The translations under genes and the position numbers were made by a program. A DNA stretch of 64,000 nucleotides from Candidatus Adlerbacteria bacterium (GTDB lineage Bacteria > Patescibacteriota > Minisyncoccia > Phycocordibacterales > SBAW01): assembly GCA_026397405.1 (NCBI GenBank), contig JAPLUW010000001.1:407064-471063 (forward strand), in the 5' to 3' direction. The notes under the pieces are model-generated. The model searched no databases. It saw only the letters and a list, made by a program, of their open reading frames with translations, and was not told the origin of the DNA. Of this stretch, positions 37,010 to 47,207 are shown piece after piece. How positions within the stretch are numbered: the first letter of the stretch is position 1; each line of letters begins with the position of its first letter.

Positions 37010-37567
37010 ATGACCGATTCTGGTCCAGGAAAAAGTCTTGCTGAACAACAAATTGAAAAGCACGTTCCAAGGCACTATAGGGTAATTCCTCTCAGGCCTA
37101 GGTTTGAGAAGGCAGCAAAGCCTCCGGCTGAGGTTCACGCTGAAAAACCGAAGGAAACCAAGACAGAGCTGACGGAAGAGCTCTGCGTTCGGATTAATCA
37201 ACAGTCTGAGAACCTCTCCGATGGGTCGTCCCCAACGATTACGCTCGAAGCAATAAAGAGGGAAGTCCTCCAACGTAGTGGCCTAAGCATCGAGGAATTT
37301 GAAGGGATCCGGCGTACTAGGAGACTGGCACGGCCTCGGCAGGTGTTCGCATATTTTGCCTATATGTGCGGACAAGGCTACATCGTTCGAGAGATCGGGG
37401 AAGTATGTAAACGTCACTACACAACCGTCTTGAATTCGATAGAAGAGATTGAGAGCCTTAGATGTGGTAACGTGCTCTGGAATGATGATACAGATGCCTT
37501 GGAGCTGCTTGAACAACTTTGTCAGCATTTCAAAGTATCATTGCCAAAACCCAAACCCTCCCCGTAG
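37010..37567 (+). CDS. standalone DnaA C-terminal (domain IV) HTH protein
   Basis: RRTRRLARPRQVFAYFAYMCGQGYIVREIGEVCKRHYTTVLNSIEEIESLR aligns with Bac_DnaA_C (R..AFPRQIAMYL....SL.EIG..FG.RDHTTVLHA..KI). No AAA+ domain. Confidence 0.75.
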   Translation: MTDSGPGKSLAEQQIEKHVPRHYRVIPLRPRFEKAAKPPAEVHAEKPKETKTELTEELCVRINQQSENLSDGSSPTITLEAIKREVLQRSGLSIEEFEGIRRTRRLARPRQVFAYFAYMCGQGYIVREIGEVCKRHYTTVLNSIEEIESLRCGNVLWNDDTDALELLEQLCQHFKVSLPKPKPSP

Positions 37568-37618
37568 TGCACGGGGAGTTTTCTTTTTAAGATTTCGCAG
37601 GCATGCTAGGCTTAGTGC

Positions 37619-38161
37619 ATGCAAGACATTACCTTTATAACCGGCAATCAAAACAAAGCCGACTATTTGGCAAAATATTTAGGCTTCTCGGTCAAGCACG
37701 TAAAGCTCGACCTAGGCGAACTACAGTCCATGGACTTGAAAGAAATTGTCGAACATAAAGTCCGCCAGGCATATTCCAAGATACAGTCCCCAGTTATTGT
37801 CGAAGATGTGTCACTCGGCTTCGAGGCACTTGGGGGCTTGCCCGGGCCGTTCATTAAATTTTTTATCGACCGTATGCCGTTCGAAACTATCTGTTCATTG
37901 CTTGCGGGAAAATCTCGAAAGGCTACTGCAACATGTGTGTTTGGATATTATGACGGCGAGATTTTAAAATTATTTGAAGGGGGGCTGGACGGAGAAATTG
38001 CAGAAGTTCCTGCGGGTGACGGTGGCTACGGTTGGGACAAAATTTTTATCCCCGACGGGTACACACAAACTCGCGCACAACTAAGTGAGGCAGACGACCA
38101 AAAAACATATCTCCAGATAAAACCATTTGCTGCACTCAAGGAGTTTTTACTATCAAGGTAG
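37619..38161 (+). CDS. non-canonical purine NTP pyrophosphatase (Ham1/RdgB family)
   Basis: ITFITGNQNK... Ham1-type N-terminus. 180 aa. Confidence 0.8.
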   Translation: MQDITFITGNQNKADYLAKYLGFSVKHVKLDLGELQSMDLKEIVEHKVRQAYSKIQSPVIVEDVSLGFEALGGLPGPFIKFFIDRMPFETICSLLAGKSRKATATCVFGYYDGEILKLFEGGLDGEIAEVPAGDGGYGWDKIFIPDGYTQTRAQLSEADDQKTYLQIKPFAALKEFLLSR

Positions 38162-38182
38162 GAAAGTTTTTTGTGCTAGCAT

Positions 38183-40642
38183 ATGGTTACTAAACCTATG
38201 AATGTGTGGAAGCGGCTCAAACAGTACGACTTGCTGGCAGTGGTGTTTATAACCGGTGCTGCAGTGCTTATTGTTGAAGTAACGGCAGTTAGGATTCTTT
38301 CTATTTATTTCGGCAACACTATATATACCGTGTCGGGTGTTGTGGGGGTTATTTTGGCAGGACTCTCTGTTGGCTACGCGCGTGGCGGGGTGCGCGCCGA
38401 CAACATACCAACCCGCCTAGAATTTTTCCGCACTATTGAAAAAGGCGGTATTGCTCTTTTGGTACTTTTTGCACTTATGTTTAAGGCTGCCGAGGCGCTT
38501 GCTGCCGCGCTGCCACTGTCCTGGGGGCCGTTTGCGCTGGCGCTCGTGCTGTTTTTTGTCCCCAGTTACTACCTTGGGATGCTTTCTCCATTTGCTATTA
38601 AACTTGGCGAACGCGAACATCCACACGCCGGCACGGGGCGTGTCAGTGGACAGGTATTTTTTTGGTCAACATGTGGCAGCTTGGCCGGGACACTTCTTAC
38701 GGCATTTGTTCTTATCCCGCAATTTGGGCTCACCGCAATTATGTGTGGCACAACACTTGGTGTGTTAGTGCTTGGCTCTGGTGGAAAAATTTGTACAGAC
38801 ACTCCTGCAAAACGCTCGCGACATTTCGGTTTTTTAGTTTTTCTTGTTGTAGTGCTTGGCTGCGTGTTGTATGCAAGTACACGTACACCGCCTGGTGTGC
38901 TGTTTAGTGCAGACGGCGTATACCAGCGCTTGGTGATACGTGACGGGACATACGCGGGGCGACCCGCGCGATTTTTTTATCAAGACAGGAGTGAAGACGA
39001 CGTGCGCTTCCTAGACGGCGACGACCTTGCGGCGGCGTATACAAAATATTATGCGCTGTATAAAATTTTAAAACCCGACCTTACCCACGCATTGTTTATA
39101 GGTGGCGGGATGTACAGTATGCCGGCAGCTTTGCACCGCGACGCACCCGATGCACACATAGACATTGCCGAAATTGAGCCGTCGCTATTTTCGCTCGCAC
39201 AAAAATATTTTGGTGTACCGAACGACCCGCACCTTGCAAACCATGTTGTGGACGGGCGGCGTTTTTTGCAGGAAAGCAGCGTCTCGTACGATCTTATATT
39301 TAGCGACGTATACTATTCGCTCTATTCAATTCCGCCCGCCTACACAACAAAAGAATTTTTTACACAGGCACGTAGCAAGCTTAACGACGGGGGGATTTTT
39401 GTTGCAAATTTTATAGGCAACCTTTCACCAGATAACCCATCACTGATATTGTCTGAAATTCATACGCTGCAGGAAGTATTTCCCCAGGTGTATGTGTTTG
39501 CGACCGTATCTCCGGACATTACGAGTAATCAAAATATTGTAGTCGTTGGTGTTACCGGCACGAGCACTTCTGCTGCAGCATTTCCTCATGTGCCTCCTAC
39601 ACCACTACCTAAAGATTTAAATGCGCACCTAGTGCCACTTGAGCAGTACAGCCTCGGAAATTATCCAATACTGACCGACGACTACGCACCGGTCGAATAT
39701 ATGACAGGTAAAATTCTTACTGACACTCATACAAAAAAAGTTACAGCCGCGGCTGCACCTAACGCCACTTCTGGCGCAAGCGTAGACCCTTCTGTGTGGA
39801 GCGGCGCGCGAGCGATGGAAACAATTGCAACGCAACTTTCGTTTGGTGTACGTGCGCTTGGTACACCTGGCCACCAAAAAACAATAAATTTTATTACGTC
39901 ACAGTTGGCTTCTACCTCGGCGCACGTGTTGGTGCAAAACGGCACGTATACAGAAGCGGGCGTGCCACATCCACTTACAAATATTATTGCGCGCTTTGAC
40001 CCGAGCAACCCGCGGCGTGTTGTTGTAGCAACGCATTACGACAGTATTGTGCGCGCCTATGCCGACAAAAAAAGTCCCTATGCACCAATGCCTGGCGCCA
40101 ATAACTCTGCGTCGGGCGTTGCATTATTGCTTGAAACTGCGCGCATGCTCGACCACACAAAAAAACTTTCCGTTGGAATTGACTTCGTATTTTTTGATGG
40201 AGAAGAGGGTCCTCAGTCGCTCGGTGCAGGTGACCCAGATTGGCACGCACTTGGCTCGCCGTTTTTTGTTCAGCACTTGTCCGACTTATATAGAACAGCT
40301 GCGGGGCATGCCCCCGAACAGGTAGCCGTGTTCGACATGGTGTGCGACGCGCATTTAAATGTACGGCGGGAACCATTGTCACTCCTCTCTGCGCAAAAAC
40401 AGGTAGATGCATTTTGGAAGATAGGGCAGGCAATTGCGCCTGCGGCATTTGTGACAGAGCCTTCTGCACACATAAGTGACGACCAAACTGCATTTGTACA
40501 AGCGGGAGTGCCCAGTTTTTTGGTAATCGACTTCGACTATGCGCCGTGGTTTAACACGACAGAGGATACGCTCGACAAATGTTCGTCAGAGAGTCTTCAA
40601 ACTATTGGCCGCACATTGACCCAGTATCTTTACACACTTTAA
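38183..40642 (+). CDS. fused membrane protein: N-terminal multi-TM + spermidine-synthase-like domain, C-terminal M28 peptidase / glutaminyl-cyclase-like domain
   Basis: ~8 TM helices. SpeE-like region (LFIGGGMYSMPAALH...DLIFSDVY). C-terminal PMPGANNSASGVALLLETARML...VFFDGEEGP (M28 metal-binding signature). Confidence 0.7.
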   Translation: MVTKPMNVWKRLKQYDLLAVVFITGAAVLIVEVTAVRILSIYFGNTIYTVSGVVGVILAGLSVGYARGGVRADNIPTRLEFFRTIEKGGIALLVLFALMFKAAEALAAALPLSWGPFALALVLFFVPSYYLGMLSPFAIKLGEREHPHAGTGRVSGQVFFWSTCGSLAGTLLTAFVLIPQFGLTAIMCGTTLGVLVLGSGGKICTDTPAKRSRHFGFLVFLVVVLGCVLYASTRTPPGVLFSADGVYQRLVIRDGTYAGRPARFFYQDRSEDDVRFLDGDDLAAAYTKYYALYKILKPDLTHALFIGGGMYSMPAALHRDAPDAHIDIAEIEPSLFSLAQKYFGVPNDPHLANHVVDGRRFLQESSVSYDLIFSDVYYSLYSIPPAYTTKEFFTQARSKLNDGGIFVANFIGNLSPDNPSLILSEIHTLQEVFPQVYVFATVSPDITSNQNIVVVGVTGTSTSAAAFPHVPPTPLPKDLNAHLVPLEQYSLGNYPILTDDYAPVEYMTGKILTDTHTKKVTAAAAPNATSGASVDPSVWSGARAMETIATQLSFGVRALGTPGHQKTINFITSQLASTSAHVLVQNGTYTEAGVPHPLTNIIARFDPSNPRRVVVATHYDSIVRAYADKKSPYAPMPGANNSASGVALLLETARMLDHTKKLSVGIDFVFFDGEEGPQSLGAGDPDWHALGSPFFVQHLSDLYRTAAGHAPEQVAVFDMVCDAHLNVRREPLSLLSAQKQVDAFWKIGQAIAPAAFVTEPSAHISDDQTAFVQAGVPSFLVIDFDYAPWFNTTEDTLDKCSSESLQTIGRTLTQYLYTL

Positions 40643-40663
40643 TTTTTTGTGGTATAGTACATT

Positions 40664-40958
40664 CAGCGCGTTGGAAAGTAGCCTTTGTTTCTTTCGGGAA
40701 GCAGGGGAGGAAAGTCCGAACACTCACTAACCGCAAGGTTAGTAGCAAGGTAGCAGGTAACCCCTGTCATTCGCTTTTTGCGGGCGAAAGAGGTGCGAAC
40801 AGTGACGAACCGATTTAGTTCGGGTGAAACGGCAAAATCCTTACCCGGGTGCAAGGTCGTGCTTCGTGCAAACGAAGAGTGCCGCTCGATCTCTGCGGCG
40901 ACGCAGGGACCAGATAAATTACTTTTCACGACAGAATTCGGCTTACAGACGCGCGCGC
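40664..40958 (+). ncRNA. rnpB: RNase P RNA (bacterial, reduced)
   Basis: P4 halves GGAGGAAAGTCCGAAC and ACAGAATTCGGCTTACAG. GGTGAAACGG. P1 pairing of the GCGCG ends. Hairpin terminator at 40968..40993. ORF-track entries here are spurious. Confidence 0.8.
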
Positions 40959-41064
40959 AAAAATGTGAACGCCCCCATACTCTGGGGGCGTTTGCGCGTC
41001 TGGCAATACACAATTCACATGCTGTTAGGCCAGTGCGGGCTGACTCTCGGGTATACTGGTGTGT

Positions 41065-43416
41065 ATGCGAACATTTCTATCTACCTCGTGGGCAAAAATT
41101 ATTTTTAGTGTTGGTGTTGTTCTTTCTCTTGTATGTATTATCCCAGCAGTGTGGTTTCCTCTCCAGCTCGGTAAAATTACTCTTTTTAGTTTGTGTGCCC
41201 TTGTTGGCGCGATACTTTTTTTTGTGAGCGGCGGCGTTGCGCGTATACACGGTAAACGGGGTGTGCTGCCCGCGTTACTTGTTGGGTTGCTTCCGGTCGC
41301 GTACGTGCTTTCGTATCTCTTTTCTACGGACCGTGCTGTCGGGTTCCTTGGATACTCTGTTGAAGGGGACACAGTCATGTTTATTGTCCTTGGGTTTATA
41401 GCATTTATACTTTCGTCGTACCTATTTCGAGAACTCGCTGCCGCTCGGATACTGCTTGTTTCCGTTGTCTCCTGTATATGTGCGGCCGTCGCCTTCCAAT
41501 GCGTACTTATTTTACTCGGAACAAAAGGAATATCGTGGTCGGTTTTTTCGGGCGTATCAGTTAACCTTGTTGGTAAATGGAACGACCTCGGTCTTGCTGC
41601 TGGCCTCGCACTGTGTGTGCTAGTCGTATGGCTCGCGTGTGGTGAGCTTTCGCGCGTAAAGCGTCTTGGAGTTACATGCGCTGTCCTCGTGCTGACACTG
41701 TTCCTTGCAATCGTCCAATTTCCCCTCGTGTGGGCATTGTTAGTAGGCAGTTTTTTTGCGCTTGCACTGTGGATGTATGTCAACGCTACCAACGTAGTAG
41801 ACAATACAAACGCTACGCGTGTACGGGGTTTAAAGGCATTTCCGTGGTTGCCACTAGCGGCAGGGGTAGTAAGCGGCCTGTTTTTGCTCTGGGGTGTTAT
41901 CTTCCAGGGTGGTTTTGCACAGCTATTTTCTGCGTCGTCTCTGGAAGTTCGCCCGTCTCTTTCGTCAACCCTTGATGTGGTCCGGTCTGCGCACGGCACC
42001 TCCGTTACCCGTTTTTTGGTCGGCACAGGTCCTAACACTTTTAGCGACGCGTGGTTCCTGTACAAATCAGCGGAAGTAAGCAAATCACAATTTTGGAATC
42101 TCGACTTTACGGTCGGCTTTAGCACGTTTACAACGGCACTTGGTACTGTTGGTGTGTTGGGTGCGCTTGCATGGCTCATACCCCTGTTGTTTGTTGTGCT
42201 AGGGCTTGTCCGTGTGATGCGTTTGTCCAGCGTGTTTTCACTACGTGAAAAAATCTCCATCTTTTCTCTTGGGGTATCCAGCATATATGCATGGTGCAGC
42301 GTGCTCTTCTACGTCCCAAGCCAAAACATTGTTTTGCTTGCCTTCGTGCTTTCGGGTGCCGTATTTGGGTTGTCTATGAAAGAGGTTCCTGGTGGGGGTG
42401 ACATGTCAAACCACCCATACGCGCATCTGTATACACGGCTTCTTCAAGGGATTTTTATTCTTTGTGTAGTGGTGTTGGTAGCCCTAAGCGGTGTATTGGT
42501 GCGGCGTTTTATCGGCGAAGCATATGTAAATAAAGGCTTATATGCGCTCTCTCAAAATAATGCCGACGATGCGCTCCTTGCTGCGGCACATGCACTAAAA
42601 ATTGAAACAACAGCAGATGCGCTCCATGTGGGAGTTGTCGCGGGCTTGGCAAAAATGCAGCAACTAGTAAGCATCCAAGCTCCATCGCAAGATGTGCAGG
42701 CGCACTTTGTGTCACTGACGCAAGCAACTATTACAGCCGGGCAGGAAGCAATTAGGCGCACTCCAGGCGACTATCGCACGTACTTTGCATTGGCACGCGT
42801 CTATGATGTACTTGCGTCTATTGAGGTTTCGCAGGCGTATGAAAATGCAAAAGCATTGTACATGCAAGCCTATACGTACAACCCAACTAATCCAGAAATT
42901 CCGCTCGCAGTCGCACGCTTAGAGTCTGTCCACGGCAACTCTGCGGCAGTGACCGCTGCTCTCACGCAGGCGTTGACACTCAAACCCGACTACACCGACG
43001 CTATTTTGTTTGTCGTACAGCTCAACGTTGTAAATAAAGATATTCCAAATGCTATTGTCGCAGCACGTGCGGCAGTGAACAGTGCCCCGGGAGTGCCTTC
43101 CATTTGGTTTGAACTAGGTCTTCTGTACTACTCTGCAGGAAATATGAAAGATGCGGCGACAGCGCTTGCCCAAGCAGTAGTGCTTGCACCGCAGTATGCA
43201 AATGCAAAATATTTCCTCGGCCTCGCATATGCTGCACTTGGACGCACGTCCGACGCAGTAGTCCAGTTTAAAGATCTGCAAGCTTCAAACCCCGACAATA
43301 CCGAAGTTGCATTTATTCTTGGGAATTTAGAGTCTGGTAAGGCACCGTTTGATGGCGCTAAAGCTCCCGTGACGCCTACACCACAAAATCGAGCAACTGC
43401 GCCTGTTTCGCAGTAG
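41065..43416 (+). CDS. O-antigen ligase-like multi-TM protein with C-terminal TPR repeats
   Basis: ~12 TM helices with a Wzy/O-antigen-ligase-like loop. C-terminal ~300 aa of TPR-like repeats (YALSQNN..., YFALARVYD..., WFELGLLYYSAGN...). Confidence 0.7.
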   Translation: MRTFLSTSWAKIIFSVGVVLSLVCIIPAVWFPLQLGKITLFSLCALVGAILFFVSGGVARIHGKRGVLPALLVGLLPVAYVLSYLFSTDRAVGFLGYSVEGDTVMFIVLGFIAFILSSYLFRELAAARILLVSVVSCICAAVAFQCVLILLGTKGISWSVFSGVSVNLVGKWNDLGLAAGLALCVLVVWLACGELSRVKRLGVTCAVLVLTLFLAIVQFPLVWALLVGSFFALALWMYVNATNVVDNTNATRVRGLKAFPWLPLAAGVVSGLFLLWGVIFQGGFAQLFSASSLEVRPSLSSTLDVVRSAHGTSVTRFLVGTGPNTFSDAWFLYKSAEVSKSQFWNLDFTVGFSTFTTALGTVGVLGALAWLIPLLFVVLGLVRVMRLSSVFSLREKISIFSLGVSSIYAWCSVLFYVPSQNIVLLAFVLSGAVFGLSMKEVPGGGDMSNHPYAHLYTRLLQGIFILCVVVLVALSGVLVRRFIGEAYVNKGLYALSQNNADDALLAAAHALKIETTADALHVGVVAGLAKMQQLVSIQAPSQDVQAHFVSLTQATITAGQEAIRRTPGDYRTYFALARVYDVLASIEVSQAYENAKALYMQAYTYNPTNPEIPLAVARLESVHGNSAAVTAALTQALTLKPDYTDAILFVVQLNVVNKDIPNAIVAARAAVNSAPGVPSIWFELGLLYYSAGNMKDAATALAQAVVLAPQYANAKYFLGLAYAALGRTSDAVVQFKDLQASNPDNTEVAFILGNLESGKAPFDGAKAPVTPTPQNRATAPVSQ

Positions 43417-43425
43417 AATACCCAC

Positions 43426-45099
43426 ATGGTCCGGTCACTGTTGTCTGCGTTCGGTAAAGAAGCTCGTGGTATGCACGAGGCGGCGTATCTGCTTGCCGCA
43501 TTTGCGCTCGGCTCGCAGTTGCTAGCCCTTGTGCGTGACCGCCTGTTGGCTTTCAACTTTGGTGCGTCCCATACACTCGACCTCTACTACGCAGCATTCC
43601 GTATACCCGACTTTTTGTTTGCTACTATTGCGTCGCTGCTTTCTCTGTACGCGTTGCTCCCTGTGCTGACACGGTTGGAAAGCCGTCACCCAGGGCTGAT
43701 GATCTCTTTTTTGCGGCAAATACTTTTGGTGTTTTTTGCAGGGATGGGACTTATTTCTTGTGTTGTGTATGTGTTGGCTCCGTGGCTCGTGCCACTCATA
43801 GCTCCTGGCATTGCGACGCCAGAACTCGTGTTGCTGGTACGCGTTTTACTGCTGCAGCCTATTCTCCTTGGCGCATCAAATATTTTAGCAGCACTCACAC
43901 AACTGAGACATCGCTTTTTTCTGTACTCTATTTCGCCACTGCTGTATAACCTCGGGATTATTTTTGGCATCGTCGTGTTGTATCCCTCCATGGGCATTGT
44001 GGGACTTGGGTGGGGGGTAGTGCTTGGTGCGTGCATGCATTTCCTTATACAACTACCTTTTTTTACAAGCGAAAAAAATACTGAAACAGTAGGCTTGCGC
44101 GAAATGTTTACTGAACTTACAAGTGTGTTGCGTCTGTCTGTGCCGCGGACTGCTGCACTTGCGGCAGGACAAATTTCGCTATTGTTGCTTGTTGCGCTCG
44201 CATCATTTTTTGCCCCGGGCTCTATTGCAATATTTATGTTTGCGTACAATTTGCAGGCAGTACCACTTACTATCATAGGCGTGTCCTATTCGGTCGCGGC
44301 ATTCCCAACACTCGCACGCCTCCATGCACGGGGGGAACATAGCGAATTTGTCCGCTACATAGAAACTGCGCTGCGGCACATTTTCTTTTGGGCAATTCCT
44401 GCAAGTGTGCTGATAATTGTGTTGCGCGCCCAGCTGGTGCGCGTCATTTTAGGTGCCGGTGCATTTAGTTGGGATGCGACACGTCTTACGGCTGCAGCGT
44501 TGGCATTGTTTGTGCTTTCGCTCGCAGCGCAGTCGGTGACATTACTTATTGCGCGCGCATACTACGCGGCAGGCAATACAAAAAAACCGCTGTACTTTGC
44601 GGCTGTCGACATAGGTGTCTCGGTTGCGTCGGCATTTTGTTTTGTTGCGCTCTTCCATTGGAGCCCGTTTGCGCGCAATTTTATTGAGTTGCTGTTGCGC
44701 GTTGGCGACGTACCGGGCACTAGTGTGTTGATGTTGGCACTTGGATATTGTTTTGGTTCAGTTGCGGAGTTCGCCCTCGGGATGTTCTTTTTTATACGAG
44801 ACTTTTCTATCCCGCGCATGCGTATTTCAGCTTTGTTGTTCCAGAGTTTTTCAGCGTCTGTTATAGGCGGCGCGGCTGCCTACAGTGTGCTCGCATTTAC
44901 CGGTACCGCAGGCACTATACACACCACACTACTACTGGTCTTGCAGGGTACTGCTGCTGGGCTACTCGGGCTCCTCACAACTGCAGGTGTGTTGTGGTTG
45001 CTCAAAAATGAAGAACTTGCAGAAGCCACACTCGCGTTCCAGAGGCGCTTCCGTGACACAAAGGGTGTGCCGCTTGAAACGACCGACATCTCGTCATAG
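43426..45099 (+). CDS. murJ: lipid II flippase MurJ (MviN)
   Basis: Classic N-terminus ...LGSQLLALVRDRLLAFNFGASHTLDLYYAAFRIPDFLF. 14 TM. Confidence 0.9.
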   Translation: MVRSLLSAFGKEARGMHEAAYLLAAFALGSQLLALVRDRLLAFNFGASHTLDLYYAAFRIPDFLFATIASLLSLYALLPVLTRLESRHPGLMISFLRQILLVFFAGMGLISCVVYVLAPWLVPLIAPGIATPELVLLVRVLLLQPILLGASNILAALTQLRHRFFLYSISPLLYNLGIIFGIVVLYPSMGIVGLGWGVVLGACMHFLIQLPFFTSEKNTETVGLREMFTELTSVLRLSVPRTAALAAGQISLLLLVALASFFAPGSIAIFMFAYNLQAVPLTIIGVSYSVAAFPTLARLHARGEHSEFVRYIETALRHIFFWAIPASVLIIVLRAQLVRVILGAGAFSWDATRLTAAALALFVLSLAAQSVTLLIARAYYAAGNTKKPLYFAAVDIGVSVASAFCFVALFHWSPFARNFIELLLRVGDVPGTSVLMLALGYCFGSVAEFALGMFFFIRDFSIPRMRISALLFQSFSASVIGGAAAYSVLAFTGTAGTIHTTLLLVLQGTAAGLLGLLTTAGVLWLLKNEELAEATLAFQRRFRDTKGVPLETTDISS

Positions 45100-45125
45100 T
45101 TCGTCCGAAATGCTAGACTCCTCTG

Positions 45126-46913
45126 ATGCAGCAGATTAGAAATTTTTCAATAATCGCCCACATAGACCACGGCAAGTCGACGCTTGCGGACCGGTTTTTA
45201 GAGCTGACCGGTACTATTGAAAAACGCAAAATGCGCGAACAAGTGCTCGACTCTATGGACCTCGAGCGTGAGCGTGGTATCACCATTAAGATGCAGCCAG
45301 TGCGTATGCGCTATACAAAAGACGGCACAGAGTATCTGTTGCACCTTATCGACACGCCCGGACATATCGACTTTTCGTACGAAGTGTCGCGCGCACTCAC
45401 GGCGGTTGAAGGCGCTATATTGCTTGTCGATGCAACTCAGGGTGTACAAGCCCAAACACTTACAACCCTTCGCACGGCGCAAGAATTAGGGTTGGTTATT
45501 GTGCCGGCAATTTCAAAAATCGACTCACCGCTTGCGAATGTTGACGATGTCCGTATGCAAGTCGCGTTGTTGCTTAACGTTGACCCAGCATCTATTCTCA
45601 CGTGTTCGGGAAGAACGGGGGAGGGAGTAGATGAGTTACTTAATGAAATCATCAAAAAAGTTCCGCCACCAAAACTATCTACAGAAAAATCACCTCGAGG
45701 CTTAGTTTTCGACTTTCAATATTCTGACCACCAAGGCGTTATTGTCTACGTGCGCATGTTCGACGGCAAAATAAAAAAAGGTGACGTGCTCGAATTTTCG
45801 GCAACAGGGAGAAAGTTTACAGCGCTCGACGTGGGCACATTTTCTCCAACACCTATTTCACTCCAAGACGGGCTTGATGCAGGCTCAATTGGGTATGTTG
45901 TGACAGGTATCAAAGAGCCGGGGTTGGCGCGTGTTGGAGACACGGTGCGCGAATATGGCTCCAAGGCCGCACCACTTTCTGGCTATGCCGAACCTAAGGC
46001 CGTTGTGTGGGCCAGCGTTTACCCAGAAAGCCAGGACGACTTTACGGCACTCCGCCAGGCCCTTTCGCGCTTGCGCCTCTCCGACTCGTCTTTGTCGTTT
46101 GAAGAAGAGTCCTCGGGCATGCTTGGGCGTGGGTTCCGCTGCGGCCTGCTTGGCATGTTGCACCTGGAAATTGTTACCGAGCGCCTGCGCCGCGAGGCCA
46201 ACCTTTCCTTGGTTGTCACCACACCAACCATTACGTATGAAGTGGAAACAAAAGACGGCAAGCGCCACACGGTCTATTCGCCGCCACAATTTCCCGAATT
46301 CGGCGACATCAAGGAAGTATGGGAGCCGTTTGTCTCTGCAGAAATTATTTTGCCGCTCGACTACTTAGGCAACTTACTGCCTATGTTGTTTGAACACGAG
46401 GCCGCTGTCGAGTCGACAGAAACATTTTCGCAGGAGCGCGCCATTGTAAAAGTGGTGATGCCTCTGCGCGAGTTGATGCGGAACTTTTTCGACAAACTTA
46501 AAAGTATTTCCTCTGGCTACGCATCAATTTCCTACGAACTGCGCGAGCTACGCTTGGCCGACGTTGCGCGTTTAGACATCTACGTTGCCGACGAACTAGT
46601 GCCAGCATTTTCCCGCATTATTGCAAAACATCGTGCCGACGAAGAGGCCATAGCGGCAGTTGAAAAGCTTTACAAAATTTTGCCGCGCCAGCAGTTTGCT
46701 ACCAAAATACAGGGGAGGGCACTTGGGCGTATTATTTCCTCGCGCACACTTTCAGCACTTTCTAAAGACGTTACGCAGCACATGTACGGCGGTGACATTA
46801 CCCGCAAAATGAAGCTCCGCGAAAAGCAGAAAAAAGGTAAGAAAAAAGCTCTCGCAAACGCTAAAGTAAACATCCCGAGCGACGTCTTTTTGAAGATGAT
46901 CAAGAGTGAATAG
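45126..46913 (+). CDS. lepA: elongation factor 4 (LepA)
   Basis: IRNFSIIAHIDHGKSTLADR. 595 aa. LepA C-terminal domain. Confidence 0.97.
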   Translation: MQQIRNFSIIAHIDHGKSTLADRFLELTGTIEKRKMREQVLDSMDLERERGITIKMQPVRMRYTKDGTEYLLHLIDTPGHIDFSYEVSRALTAVEGAILLVDATQGVQAQTLTTLRTAQELGLVIVPAISKIDSPLANVDDVRMQVALLLNVDPASILTCSGRTGEGVDELLNEIIKKVPPPKLSTEKSPRGLVFDFQYSDHQGVIVYVRMFDGKIKKGDVLEFSATGRKFTALDVGTFSPTPISLQDGLDAGSIGYVVTGIKEPGLARVGDTVREYGSKAAPLSGYAEPKAVVWASVYPESQDDFTALRQALSRLRLSDSSLSFEEESSGMLGRGFRCGLLGMLHLEIVTERLRREANLSLVVTTPTITYEVETKDGKRHTVYSPPQFPEFGDIKEVWEPFVSAEIILPLDYLGNLLPMLFEHEAAVESTETFSQERAIVKVVMPLRELMRNFFDKLKSISSGYASISYELRELRLADVARLDIYVADELVPAFSRIIAKHRADEEAIAAVEKLYKILPRQQFATKIQGRALGRIISSRTLSALSKDVTQHMYGGDITRKMKLREKQKKGKKKALANAKVNIPSDVFLKMIKSE

Positions 46914-46934
46914 TGTCCGTGATATACTTTTAGT

Positions 46935-47207
46935 ATGGAAGAAAAGCTCGACCGACTGGAGAAAAATATGAACGATCTTATTGAGATCGTCGTATCTATT
47001 AAAGACAATATGGCAACGAAGCAAGAGTTAGCTGAAGTCGAAGAAAGGCTCACTGCTAAGATGGTAACCAACATAGAACTTACAGAGTTAGAAGAAAGGT
47101 TGAGTGGAAAAATAGAAGGTGTGCAGCGCTCGGTAGACGGCGCATACGAACGCCAGAGTGCGCTCGAAGCCCGCGTCTCAAAAGTCGAAGCTGAGCTGCA
47201 TATATAA
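46935..47207 (+). CDS. small coiled-coil protein; paralog of 59496..59795
   Basis: Shared C-terminal block GKIEGVQRSVDG[AS]YERQSxLExRVSKVExELH[IV]. Confidence 0.6.
   Translation: MEEKLDRLEKNMNDLIEIVVSIKDNMATKQELAEVEERLTAKMVTNIELTELEERLSGKIEGVQRSVDGAYERQSALEARVSKVEAELHI

Noticed and set aside
40579-41227. ORFs 40579..40818(+), 40663..41013(-), 40778..41227(+), 40824..41108(+)
   Set aside because: They overlap the RNase P RNA, whose conserved P4 motifs explain the region better than any protein.
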